Origin: Ranitomeya imitator
Lineage: Eukaryota
Direction: 5' to 3'
DNA length: 64,000 nt
Assembly (NCBI RefSeq): GCF_032444005.1
Contig: NC_091290.1
Location: 135,718,001 to 135,782,000, forward strand
How positions within the stretch are numbered: the stretch's first letter is position 1; every line of letters begins with the position of its first letter. Positions 37,318-49,140 of the stretch are shown piece after piece. The notes under the pieces were generated by a model. The model saw only the letters and a program-made list of their open reading frames with translations. It was not told where the DNA came from and did no database searches. The position numbers were made by a program, and so were the translations under genes.

Positions 37318-40300
37318 TTAAATAAGGGAGAGAGCAGACTGGGATATATATGCCGAGGACATCCAGGGATCCCACCACGAGAGGACCCTAACTCTCCTCG
37401 ATAGACCCTGAGCCATAATAACCTCATAGCAGAAGTGTAAGTCGATCCTGGAGATCAGCTCTGCTCTGGAAGGGACATCCGAGGACTTCCAATGCTTCGC
37501 GATACATTGTCTAGCGGCAACTAGGATATTAGAAACTATGGGCCGAAGGGGGGAAGGGAGATCAATGAGGGAGATGCCTAAAACAGCGAGCTGACCACTC
37601 AGCACAAGGGGGAGACGGGTCAGATCAACAATCAAAGCTTCCACTTCGCGCCAGAAGACCTGAATCTGCGGGCACGACCACCAGATATGAGAGGAGGACC
37701 CCAAGGCGCCACATTTCCTCCAGCAGAGAGGGGAGGAAGCTGGGAAAACCTTCGCCAGGTGGACGGGGGTGAGGTACCAGTGGAGCTGAATTTTTTTCAC
37801 CTGTTCCAAGTGGCCAAGACAAGACGAAAACCTGGAAGGGTGTACCATAGCAAATTGCCAATCCTCCAGGGGGGCCTCAAAACCCAGCGCGGACTCCCAG
37901 GAAGACATGAAAGGAAGCTTGTCAGAAGATCCAAATGAAATGAGGGCTTTATAGATTATGGAGATGCCATGTGGCACCATAGTGGCCGGTCTGAAGAATC
38001 TATGGGCCGGATCCTCTGTCAAAGGCGGGGGCGTCCCGAATGGCCGACATGACCTGAGAAAGCTGCGGATCTGCAGGTATTGAAAGAAGTCAGACTTAGT
38101 AAGGGAGAATCTCCCTGAGAGGTCCTCAAACGACAAAATGCCGTCCGAGCCGAAAAGGTCCGCCACCCGGAGCACCCCACGCCTCGTCCAGGAGGAAAGA
38201 GAAATGTGGCCGATGGCACACTCCAGAGCCTGCAAAGAAACATAGTCAAACATAAATATTAGATGGGAAGTGCTAAGCAGCGCCCATAGTTTAGAAGCGT
38301 TCCTAATAGAACGGAGACAGGGACCCACAAGAGGAACTTGAAGCAGTTGAAGCTCCAAGAGCAATCTAAGCGAGTTTTTAGGGGCAAAATGAGATTCAAT
38401 CAGAAACCAGGGCAAACATGAGTTCCCCTCCCACCATATTTTAAGGGGCTCAAGGATCGCCGCCCTATAGTAAGACTACACCGCAGGAGCTCCCAACCCC
38501 CCCACAGAGTACGGTAGGGACATGATCCGACGCTTGACCCTATGGGGCTTCTTATTCCAAATAAACCGGTCTATAAGAGATTGAAAAGCTGAAATAAACT
38601 TCGAGGGGATGAAAAGGGGGAGGCACCGAAAAAGGTACATTATTTTGGGAAGGAATAGCATTTTCGCCGTTTGTATGCGGGCCATCCATGAGAGGGACGC
38701 ACTTGATAATTGCTCCATGCCCTTCCTAACCTCCGAAAGAGTTTCTTCACAATTCATACGGACTATGTTATCTAGCTTAGTTATCCTGATGCCTAGGTAC
38801 GTAAAGCCCAAGGGAGCCCAAATAAACGCATATTGAGATTGAATTTGAATCTGAAGGGGGGCGGGGAGGAAAAGGGGAAAAATTGTGGATTTGGTCAGAT
38901 TAAGCTTATAATATGAAACCGCCGAAAACTCAGATAGGATGGAAGTGATCGCGTTCAGTGAGGTTAAGGGTGAGGTGCAGGTCAGGACCACGTCGTCGGC
39001 ATAGAGACCGATTTTATGTTCAGATCCCCCCACCGCGATTCCCTTTATGTCCGCGCTCTGCCTGACCATGGCAGCCAAAGGCTCCATGACCAGAGCAAAG
39101 ATGATAGGGGAGAGGGGGCAGCCCTGACGAGTACCATTCCGAATAGGAAAAGTCCGAGACCCGAATCCCGCCGATCGAACCGACGCGCATGGATTGGAAT
39201 ATAATATCTAAAGAGCAGAAAGGCGGGCACCGCACAAAAGAATATATACTTGAGAGGATCAGCCACGTGCATATGTAAGATCAATAGAACAAAAAAAAAG
39301 AAAAAGACTATGCACACAGTGGGATCAACTGCATATAATAAATTTTATTTTACAAAACACCTCACTCCGCACAAAGGCACAGTAGGGAAAAACACACATT
39401 AAAAACAATTAAAACAAAGACAACCTATCCACATCCCCCTCAAAAATAATCCCAAGGATCCACATAGTCATATATAAATCATATAACAGACATTCAAAAA
39501 GTTTAGGCAGAATAACATCAACATAGATGATTATTTAATTCCTAATACTGCCCACTAAATAAGTCTGAATAAAGAGAATATCTCAGTTAAATCCTGCATG
39601 CAACCCGTATGACCTAGTCACATCACTGGCCCGTGATAAGTGTATAATATTGTCCAAAAGGACGTCAGACACTGAACCAGAAAAACTCACTGACATGACC
39701 CATAGATACCATGCCCCTAATCTGGCACCTCATCCAATACATTACCAAGTCTGGCAAAGCCTGTTACGGAAGAATAAATCCCTCATGAATATCCAGGGGG
39801 GAAAAGGAATAAATGTGCCTTAAAGGAAAATATGGGCACAACAGACTGGCACTGACCGGTACTATCCAATAAAGCTGGGTGATCCAGAAAACAGAGCTGG
39901 AATGAGAGGAGTCCAAAGCATATATATATATGGGAGGAGGGGGGGAGCGGATAGGAACCCAACGCGTGTCGACGCTGCTAAGGCGTCTTCGTCAGGGGAA
40001 GATAATGCCATAACCGCTTTGCCAATCTGCCCGGTGAGCCCAAATCTCTCCAATGTGAGTTCAATATAACCCCAGTGCACCCTGTCGAACGCCTTTTCGG
40101 CATCAAGCGACAGAAATACACTGGGGAGGCTCCCCCTCTCCACCACATCCAAGAGATCTATCAGACGCCTGGTGCCATCCCTGGTCTGTCTGCCAGGAAC
40201 AAACCCAACTTGGTCGGGGTGGATGAGACTAGGAAGGACCGAGAATAATCTATTGGCCCAGACTTTTGCATAAATCTTAACGTCGCAGTTTAAAAGTGCT

Positions 40301-41892
40301 ATCGGGCGGAAGTTCCCCGGAGATGTTGTGGGTTTCCCTTGTTTGGGGAGAGTCGCAATGGAAGCTTCCAACCCCTCCGCCCTAATACTGCCAACCGACA
40401 ACCAATTATTAAAAAGGCGCAAAAGATAGGGCGAGAGGACAGAGAAGAACTGAGCATAGTAAAGGAAAGAGAAGCCATCAGGCCCTGGGGAGGAACTCTT
40501 ATTGGCCTCTCTAACAATCTGCGAGAGTTCAGACTCGACAATGGGAGCGTTTAGGAAAGAGAGCTGCTCCTGGGTGACCGAGGGGAGATTAGCCCTCTCC
40601 AAGAACGCCAAAATTGACTCCCGCGAAGGCTGGGGATTTCCTGGGTCAGACCCGAGGTCATAGAGAGAGGAATAATAAGATGCAAACTCCTCAGCAATCT
40701 GAATCGGGTTGCGAACCTGGGAGCCGTCAGGCCTGAGCAAAAATGGGATCTTGGATTGAGCCTCTCTCTTCCTAACACGTCTGGCCAGAACAGCACCCGC
40801 TCGATCCCCCATTGTGTAAAATTTGGCTCTAGTTTTCCTCAGGGCCTTCTCAGCTTTGTGGAGGAGTAGATTACGAACATGCATTCGGGCCTTAGAAAGG
40901 TCAGAGAGAAGCGCTGGGGTAGGAGATAGTTTATGAGCAGCCTCCAGACGAGATAATTCGTCTAGGGCTGAATGGAGGGCCGCATTGTACTTCCTCTTAG
41001 CCTTTGCCGCCAGCTTAATGAAATGACCCCTAATTACCGCCTTGTGGGCGAACCAGAGGGTGTCATCACCTATGTCAGGAGTATCATTGGAGGCAAAAAA
41101 TTCCCCCAATGCCTCCTCTATACATTGGGAGTTGGATTGGTCAGCAAGGAGATGGGCATTGAGACGCCAGTACGCAGGAGGTCTGATGGCCAAGGGGTCT
41201 TTCAGGGTAAGGGACACCGGGGCATGGTCCGACCAGGTGATACTGCCTATATCCGATGAGATGCAGTGAGGAAGAGCCACGTCATTCACCAGCACAAAAT
41301 CAATCCTGCTATAGGAACCGTGTCTGGGAGACAAAAATGTGTAATCTCTCTCACCGCAATGCAGATATCGCCAGACATCATGCAAGTGGAAAGAGTTAGT
41401 TAGAGGCCCGACCTCGCATCTGGTCAGGGAAGAGGCAGAGCAGTCAAGAACTCTAGACATTGGGGCATTGAAATCACCAGCAATCAGTTTGTGACCGTGT
41501 TGGATATCATGTAGAGTTTTGAAAACGCCCTCCAGAAACTTAAGCTGCCCTACGTTAGGAGCGTAGATCGAGGCAATAGTATAGGGGGCATTATTAATAA
41601 GGCATAGAACCACAATGAATCTACCCAGCGGGTCCGCTATAGAGCGAACCAGCTGAAAGGAGTTGGACCTGCTGAAAAAAATGGCTACTCCCGCCTTTTT
41701 TGACGGGCCATTGGCGAAAAACTGATGCGGGAATAAACCTGATTGCATTCTGGGATTATCACATTCCAGCAAGTGAGTTTCTTGAAGACATAAAATATCA
41801 TGGCGGGATTTGCCCAACTGACGCCAGACCACAGACCTCTTGCCCGGTGAGTTGAGGCCATAAACGTTAATTGAATACAGTGAGATACTCAT
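37318..41892 (-). pseudogene. L1 ORF2 (APE endonuclease, RT, C-terminal cysteine motif), disrupted
   Basis: EN motifs LQETH and SDHAP; RT motifs LDAEKAFD, RQGCPLSP, YADD; CWRKC...HIWWSC. Removing the 796-bp insert and one TSD copy leaves one frame of 1258 codons with a single internal TAG (38478-38476). Confidence 0.92.
39206..40001 (-). mobile_element. 796-bp Penelope-pLTR-like insertion starting with a mutated minimal hammerhead
   Basis: 5-bp TSD ATAAT (39201-39205, 40002-40006). Minus strand begins CTTCCC-CTGACGA-AGACGC-CTTAGCA-GCGTC-GACAC-GC-GTT-GGG. Confidence 0.75.
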
Positions 41893-42240
41893 TGAAAAGG
41901 CATAAAAACAGTTTTACAATCCTCAGACACCGATAGCCTGTGCAAAGGCATAGAAAACATGTGGCCAATAGACTAGGACATAAGTAAGGGCAGACTGGGA
42001 ACAGGGAGGAGAGAAATAGGGAAACAAACAAGACATACGACAAATAAACCAGTGGACCGAGGTCCATTCAGGGATACCCTGAGTCCAGAAGGTGAGAATC
42101 AGAAAAACAGTTCACCTATGGGGCAAACAAATGCTGCGGGAACTCTCAAAAGAGAAACCAACGCAGCTTAAAAAAGCGAAAAAGGAAAAACCAAGTGTAT
42201 CCGTGCGGGAAAATAGCCAGGAACCATAGTTGCAGTGGGC

Positions 42241-43317
42241 TCAGGCCACCTCCCAGTCCGGTGTGATGCGAGCCCTGAGACCTCCGCCAGCTCCAGGCTT
42301 AGAAAGGTTCACGGAGATCGAGGGGTCTGGAGTCGGGAGACCCCATTTGGAGAGAGCAGAAGCTGCGTGGGACGGAGTTAGGCAGGTGGTGATTGATCCG
42401 TCTTTGCGGATGAGCAGCTTGGTAGGGAACCCCCAACGGTACAGGATGCCCTTCTCTCTGAGGATGGTAGTATAGGGGGCAAAGGCCCTCCGCAGGGCCA
42501 ATGTACCCGGGGAGAGATCCGGAAAGACTGAGATGCTTGCAAATCTTTCAGGAAGAGCTGGGTTCCTCCTTAGGGCCTGTAGAAAGTCCTCCCTCATTTC
42601 GAAAAAGTGTATGCGTGCCAGCACATCTCTGGGGATGGAGGGCCCCAGGCCAGAGGGTTTAGGGATCCTATGCACGCGGTCAATTATGAAGTCCTTTGGC
42701 GCGAACTGCGGTAGGGCTGCCGCCATAAAGTCCTGCAGAAATAGCTTCAAATCCCCTACCAGGACAGACTCCTCAATGCCTCTAAGTTTGACGATATTTC
42801 TCCTGGACCTATCTTCCAGGTCCAGGGCTTTAGAGTGAGTTTTAGCGGCCAGGGTTTGCAGGGTCTCATGGGCGTCCCAGAGTTCGTTATGAGAAGAGAC
42901 TAGCTCCGCCATCTTGCGTTCCAAACGGTCCGTGCGATTACCCAGCTCCGCCACCTCTCCTCTCAGCTCAGCCAGCATAGTGCGCATATCCTCTTGGATG
43001 GAGGTTCTGAGGTCTCCAAGTAGACCTTTGAGGAGAGAAGCGGTCACCGGACCATCGGCCGAATCAGACGCCGTACCGCCTGAATTCAACGCTGCTCTGC
43101 CTGAATGCGACGCCGCTCCGCCTGGATGCGACGCCGCTCCGTCTGGATGCGACGCCGCAGCGCCCGACTGCGACGCCTGAGCGTTGCGTTGTGAAGAGCG
43201 GGAAGGCCTGGGGGAGGACGGCGCCATCTTGGATACCGGCGGTGGCTGCGGGGTGGCCGCAAAGAAGTCAGGAATTCTCCTGGAGGGGTCACGGGTGCCA
43301 GCTCTGGATTTCCCCAT
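42241..43317 (-). CDS. L1 ORF1p (358 aa, intact)
   Basis: Coiled-coil region followed by LEDRSRRNIVKLRGIEE (RRM start) and YRWGFP, typical of L1 ORF1. Confidence 0.9.
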   Translation of the reverse strand: MGKSRAGTRDPSRRIPDFFAATPQPPPVSKMAPSSPRPSRSSQRNAQASQSGAAASHPDGAASHPGGAASHSGRAALNSGGTASDSADGPVTASLLKGLLGDLRTSIQEDMRTMLAELRGEVAELGNRTDRLERKMAELVSSHNELWDAHETLQTLAAKTHSKALDLEDRSRRNIVKLRGIEESVLVGDLKLFLQDFMAAALPQFAPKDFIIDRVHRIPKPSGLGPSIPRDVLARIHFFEMREDFLQALRRNPALPERFASISVFPDLSPGTLALRRAFAPYTTILREKGILYRWGFPTKLLIRKDGSITTCLTPSHAASALSKWGLPTPDPSISVNLSKPGAGGGLRARITPDWEVA

Positions 43318-44019
43318 ACACTCACCGATGCACCGGGAGCCAGTACCGATGTCGTGGAGGCAAACGAGGACACCGGAGAGGTAGAAATGTGCCGCTTTAA
43401 GGTTCCTGGCTGAGGAGCTCCCGCTCTGTGCGACCTACTCCATCGGCAGACAGGCCACGCCCCCGTATAGGACATATTTTTCACAAATAACACATGGCAC
43501 TGAGAGCACGCACATAAAGGTGTATTGTTCTGTTTCTCCAAAGTTCAAGCGTTCCTCTGCTTAGGTCGAAATTTGCTGCTTGGCCAAATGGTGGGTGCAA
43601 AACAACAAGAGCACCCTGCCTGCCAAGGTAGGACTGAAATCTGTGCAGAACAACAACTCACTAGAAAGATATATAAAGGGGCAGAGTCCTACACCATCTG
43701 TGAGTACAGTAATGGATCACTAGTACCCCAAATTTTGTCAATTTTGCTAGCTCATATTGTATTGATCTGGAACAGCTTGTGAAGTACATTTTTTCACAAA
43801 AAAAAGAATTATGCCCATTTCATCAAACAGTACAAAAAATGTAAATAAACTGCTGTAAAAAAATAAAAAAAAATGGACATCACTAAGCTCTGCTGCCTCC
43901 TCCCGAACTCCAGAAGATGGTGTCTACGTCGGACCAATACAAGGACATAGGCTTACTATAAAATCTTTGGGACATAATGTAGGTATGTAACTACAGTATT
44001 GCTATATAGCTCTGACCAT

Positions 44020-46180
44020 AACCAGTTTTTCTGATCCATTATGGATCCTATCACTGCTCTGACAGGGCACCTGCAGCCGCTCAGTCTGGAGGTAGCAGAT
44101 TTACGAATGGTTGTTTTGCAGCACCCCAATACATCTGGTGTGGGAATCACGTCTCTCAGACAAACCGCAGTGGAGCCCAAGATCGCTATGCCTGACAGGT
44201 TCTCTGGGGTGTGTGACAAGTTTGTTGCTTTCAGAGAGGCCTCTAAACTGTACTTTAGGTTATGTCCTGTTTCCTCAGGTACAGAGGAGCAACGTGTGGG
44301 GATAATAATCTCGCTTCTCCAGGGGGACCCCTAAGTATGGGAGTTTTCTCTCCCGTCTGACTCATTCGCTTCAGACGGTGGTAGAATTTTTTCGGGTGCT
44401 GGGCCTTATATACGATGACCCCAAACCATGCCTCCTTGGCTGAGTTCACACTGCGCCAACTTCAGCAAGGAGACCCACCGGTGGATGAGTATTTTTTGGA
44501 GTTTTGGAGGTGGGCCACGGACACTAAGTGGTATGATCCCACACTCTGTAGCCTGTTCTGTGAGGAGCTTACAGTAAGGGTGAAGGATGCTTTGGCCCCG
44601 TATGAGACTCCAGTCTCCCTTGAGGTGGTGATGTCTCTGGTGATCCGGGTTGATCACCGACTTCGCCAGAGACATAGGGAGACACACCAAGGTGCGGGAG
44701 GTCTGGGGCCAAGGGAGATTGGAACTGAGTCATCTGAGGAACCCATGCAGATGGATGCAGCAACTCACTCTGGAGAACTGTTTGTTGTTCAGTGGAAAAG
44801 AGGAGTGTGTTTTTACTGTGGTAAAAAGGGTCATTTTGTGGGCACGTGCCCTTCCCAATCTCGCAGTAAACAGCCGTCAGGAAAACTAAGAAGCCCGGGT
44901 TGTGGTGAGGTTATTCATCACCTCCGTGGGTAAGAGACTATTTTTTCTGCCAGCAGAAATTCACGTGGGTGAAATTAAGGTAGAGGTGTCTGCATGTTTA
45001 GACAGTGGGGCGGGATTTAACTTGATCGACACTAGCTTCGTCCAGGTCCATGGCCTTAATCCACATACACTGTCTAGACCCATACCTATAATTGCCATAG
45101 ACTCTGCCACTTCGAGACAGGGGTATTTTACTCAAGTCGTCCGAGGTTTACATCTAGAGGGTCTGCCCTCACCTGTGGTTCTTGGACTTCCTTCGCTCAC
45201 TCTGCATAATCCTGTAGTTGATTGGCAGACTCAAGAAGTGGTAAAATTGAGTGATTATTCTCAAGGACACTGCTTGGGTACCCAGCTTGCTAGGGTGGAT
45301 ACTCAGTCTGTGCCAAAATACCTGTCTGATTTTGGGGATGTGTTCTCGAGGCAGGGGTGCCAAGAACTGACTCTCCATCGTCCTTATGACTGCGCCATTA
45401 ATCTTGTTCCTGGTGCCAAGCTGCCTAAGAGTAGACTGTATAATATCTCTGGTACAGAAAGGCAGGCCATGAAGGAACATATCATGGAAAGTTTGGCTGG
45501 CAAAGGGTCATATCAGACCATCTTCATCCCCCAATGCTGCGGGGTTCTTTTTTGTAAAGAAAAAAGATGGGGTGTTCTGCTCATGCCTAGGTTGCCGCAA
45601 ACTCAATCAGATAACGGTCCAGGGTCCATATCCGCTCCCTCTCATCCTGGATCTCTTTAATCAGATTGCAAGAGCAAAGTGGTTTTCAAAACTGGACTTC
45701 AGGGGGGTGTATAATCTCATTCGTACTAAAGAGGGGGATAAGTGGAAAACAGCATTCAATACCACTGAGGGACACTATGAAAACATGGTGATACCTTTTG
45801 GGTTGACGAACGTGCCCGCCGTCTTTCAGCACTTTGTAAATGACATCTTTAGTCACCTGGCAGGCAGATTTATGGTTATCTATCTGGATGACATATTAAT
45901 TTATTCACCTGACCTTGAGTCACATCAGGTACATGTTAGGCAGGTCTTACATTTACTCAGAGACAATAAATTATATGTCAAACCCAAGGAGTGTTTGTTC
46001 TCGGTTGAAGAGATTCTTTCCTAGGATATGTGTTGTCATCCACCGGTTTTCGCATGGATCTGTCGAAAGTCCGGTCAGTATTGGATTTGGATCGTCCTGA
46101 GGATTTGAAGGCGTTACAAAGGTTTTTAGGTTTTGCAAACTACTACCATAAGTTCACCAAAAACTTTTCGGTAATCATAC
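44020..46180 (+). mobile_element. Decayed Gypsy/Ty3 internal region (gag, protease, RT), truncated, no LTR pair seen
   Basis: gag from 44041 (MDPITAL..., PDRFSG), CCHC knuckle CFYCGKKGHFVGTC, protease LDSGA, RT KTAFNT...PFGL...YLDD; several stops and frameshifts. Confidence 0.9.
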
Positions 46181-47595
46181 GCCAGAGGTTTTACATAATA
46201 TTTACCCTGCCACATCAGATAGATACTGGAGGTGCCTGGTGGCTGTGGGCTCATTGCCACATATACTCTGGGATTGCCAGACTATATCCCCGTTATGGAA
46301 GAGAGTACAGAGGTTGATTTTTCAGGTGTTGGATGTAGAGTGTCCTCCTTTACCTTGATGATATCATTGTCTATTCACGGACATATGAAGACCACATTCA
46401 TCATCTGTCTGAAGTCTTCAAGGTACTAAGCCAACATGGCCTCAAAATCAAGCCCTCCAAATGCCACTTGCTAAAACCACGAGTCAGGAAAAAATGGGAC
46501 AGAGAACGGCATGTTGTAAGCGATGGGCACAGAAGGACTGTTGGCACCAGTTTGGCAGTTGTCGCTGGGTTCACTCATGATGTAGGTGCTGAGGTGACTT
46601 CTCACAATCGGACAGAGTCTTTGATATATGTACACAGATGAATCCTGTTCGTGACGCCAAAAATTGTGGTGGGCCACTGGGGAGATGTCAGATGTTGCAG
46701 AAGGGTCAGCTTGGGCATGTAGTCCCACTGGCAGCAGATAATGACGTCACGGTAGCTGAAGTGTGTCGCTGGACCCCTCAACACTTCCCTCGTGTCCACA
46801 ACAATTGTCAATAGCGGGAGGTGGTACTTGTAGATGGTATAGGACCTCCTGGGGGCACTCCTGTAGAGGTGGTGTCTAGGTGCAGGTTTTGGAGCACCCG
46901 TGGTATTTGTGCAATCTCAAGCAGCCAGACACACAGGTGAACTTGTAAACGTAACGATTTTACTGAAAGAGGTAACGGGGGTACAGTCCTCAGAAGACAA
47001 GCGAGGTTATGGTCTCTTGGGGCAATATACAAAAAAGGTTGCACTCTATCATGCTAAAGCATATCAATGTGAAATATATGAAATATGAATAGCAATATGG
47101 CTTTTGAATATTAGGAGGTAGCTCCTCCTGTTATGCACCTATTCACACTAGTTTGGCTGTGCCAGTCAGTTTTTTGTCATGTGCATGTCCCCTCTGGGCG
47201 GCTGGAGCAGAGTTCTCATCACTTGCTATTAGAGGAAGTGCTATGCGCAGTCCAAGAAATATTACACTGATGGAGGGACCTTCACAGATTGGCTCTCTGC
47301 GGAAACACACTAAAGTGTGGAAGTACTCACGGTTTTGAGCCTACTGTTCCCTATCACAGGGGGTAGGTTAAAAAAAGTCGGTGGCATGGAAGCCACGTGG
47401 GTCTGGTCCTGGCTAGAAGCAAACAGGATAACCAACATGTAGGAGAGCACATGGGCAGCGTTATCTCTCCTGACTAGAAGACATCACTCCATTGTGGAGT
47501 AGATTATGTGGAGAAAGATGTCCCCTCAGCGTGGACTTGCATGGAAAATTATGATGGGAGCAGTAAAGTTTTCTCCCTCCGACAGCTTGAACTGC

Positions 47596-47793
47596 CCAGA
47601 ACTGGAAATTACCTCAGGAAGTGTGAGTCCTGAGCTGGAAATTACCTCAGGAAGTGTGAGTCCTGAGCTGGAAATTACCTCAGGAAGTGTGAGTCCTGAG
47701 CTGGAAATTACCTCAGGAAGTGTGAGTCCTGAGCTGGAAATTACCTCAGGAAGTGTGAGCCCTGAGTTGGAAGTTACCTCAGGAAATGTGTGA
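47596..47793. repeat. 33-bp tandem repeat x6 (CCTGAGCTGGAAATTACCTCAGGAAGTGTGAGT)
   Basis: Read directly; each unit has an internal CCTGAG/CTCAGG palindrome; no spacers. Confidence 0.9.
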
Positions 47794-48174
47794 GCCCTAA
47801 GATGGGAGGCTCCTCCCGGCCATTTCCATGGCAGCTTGTTGTTAGGAGAATAATCACTTAGATTTCATATACACATTGGCCAGTAGATGACAGCAACGCA
47901 CATTTATGAGTCATCGGTATACAATGCAAATGTATTACATCCCTAGGACCCAGGAAACCCAGGAAAGAAATAATCTTGGTACCGTGTTAGCCAGTAGATA
48001 GAAAAATATTTTTTTATGTTTTTTTTATGGTTAAATTCATGTATTTTATAATCACTTATTTGCTATATATATAATTATACATTTGATATGTGTATATTTT
48101 ATCATTATTTTTAGTGGATGCTTTCCTGAAACGGAAAGTACTTGCAAGCAGCATAATACAAAGAATAGCAGGTT

Positions 48175-48212
48175 TACCCAGAATCCTTTGCAGTAGGCGG
48201 AGCTATGCAAAT
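48175..48212. promoter_or_regulatory. snRNA-type distal element in each monomer: SPH/Staf(ZNF143)-like motif, GC box, octamer
   Basis: TACCCAGAATCCTTTGCA (48175-48192, one mismatch to the recalled consensus YWCCCRNMATSCMYYRCR), GGCGGAGC (48196-48203), perfect ATGCAAAT (48205-48212); repeated every 384 bp. Confidence 0.65.
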
Positions 48213-48293
48213 CATCTCTTTCCACCCCTGTCTAATCCACAGCGCTTGGAACCGCCAAGCGTGCAATGCTGCGGATTAGTTTCTAAATTTACA

Positions 48294-48372
48294 CAGCCAA
48301 CCAATTCCTACCTGTGGACACGTGTTTCGGGCTTTAGGCCCTCATCAGCACAGGGCTGGAATTGGTTGGCTG
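48294..48372 (-). ncRNA. Type I hammerhead ribozyme, copy 1
   Basis: Stem I CCUGUG/CACAGG, CUGAUGA, stem II GGGC-CUAAA-GCCC, GAAAC-ACGU-GUC. Stem I is extended by 15 bp (CAGCCAACCAAUUCC/GGAAUUGGUUGGCUG) beyond an AGC/UA internal loop. Confidence 0.93.
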
Positions 48373-48677
48373 TATGGAGTGGGGCTCGGTGAGCAAGCGA
48401 TACATACATGCTAGCCACCTTAGGGAGAGACCCAAGTTGGGCTAAATGTAGCGGGACGAAAGAGACCGAAAAGCCCTCTACTTAAAGGAAATACATAGTG
48501 GATGCTTTCCTGAAACGGAAAGTACTTGCAAGCAGCATAATACAAAGAATAGCAGGTTTACCCAGAATCCTTTGCAGTAGGCGGAGCTATGCAAATCATC
48601 TCTTTCCACCCCTGTCTAATCCACAGCGCTTGGAACCGCCAAGCGTGCAATGCTGCGGATTAGTTTCTAAATTTACA

Positions 48678-48756
48678 CAGCCAACCAATTCCTACCTGTG
48701 GACACGTGTTTCGGGCTTTAGGCCCTCATCAGCACAGGGCTGGAATTGGTTGGCTG
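48678..48756 (-). ncRNA. Type I hammerhead ribozyme, copy 2
   Basis: Identical to copy 1, offset +384. Confidence 0.93.
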
Positions 48757-49061
48757 TATGGAGTGGGGCTCGGTGAGCAAGCGATACATACATGCTAGCC
48801 ACCTTAGGGAGAGACCCAAGTTGGGCTAAATGTAGCGGGACGAAAGAGACCGAAAAGCCCTCTACTTAAAGGAAATACATAGTGGATGCTTTCCTGAAAC
48901 GGAAAGTACTTGCAAGCAGCATAATACAAAGAATAGCATGTTTACCCAGAATCCTTTGCAGTAGGCGGAGCTATGCAAATCATCTCTTTCCACCCCTGTC
49001 TAATCCACAGCGCTTGGAACCGCCAAGCGTGCAATGCTGCGGATTAGTTTCTAAATTTACA

Positions 49062-49140
49062 CAGCCAACCAATTCCTACCTGTGGACACGTGTTTCGGGC
49101 TTTAGGCCCTCATCAGCACAGGGCTGGAATTGGTTGGCTG
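49062..49140 (-). ncRNA. Type I hammerhead ribozyme, copy 3
   Basis: Identical to copy 1, offset +768. Confidence 0.93.

Larger units (their letters stand above)
37067..43464 (-). mobile_element. Full-length L1 (LINE-1 clade) retrotransposon
   Basis: 17-bp TSD GTATAGGACATATTTTT (37050-37066, 43465-43481); 5' end GGGGCGTGGCC; AATAAA plus short A tail at the 3' end; ORF1 and ORF2 present. Confidence 0.95.

Noticed and set aside
47596-47793. CRISPR-like palindromic direct repeats
   Set aside because: Units are contiguous with no unique spacers, there are no cas genes, and the context is vertebrate.
48498-48776. 92-aa ORF (MDAFLKRK...) repeated in each 384-bp monomer, antisense to the ribozyme
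   Set aside because: No recognisable homology. A rough estimate (stop frequency 3/64, six frames of 128 codons) gives about 0.4 such stop-free runs by chance. Would be revisited only if dN/dS across family copies is below 1.
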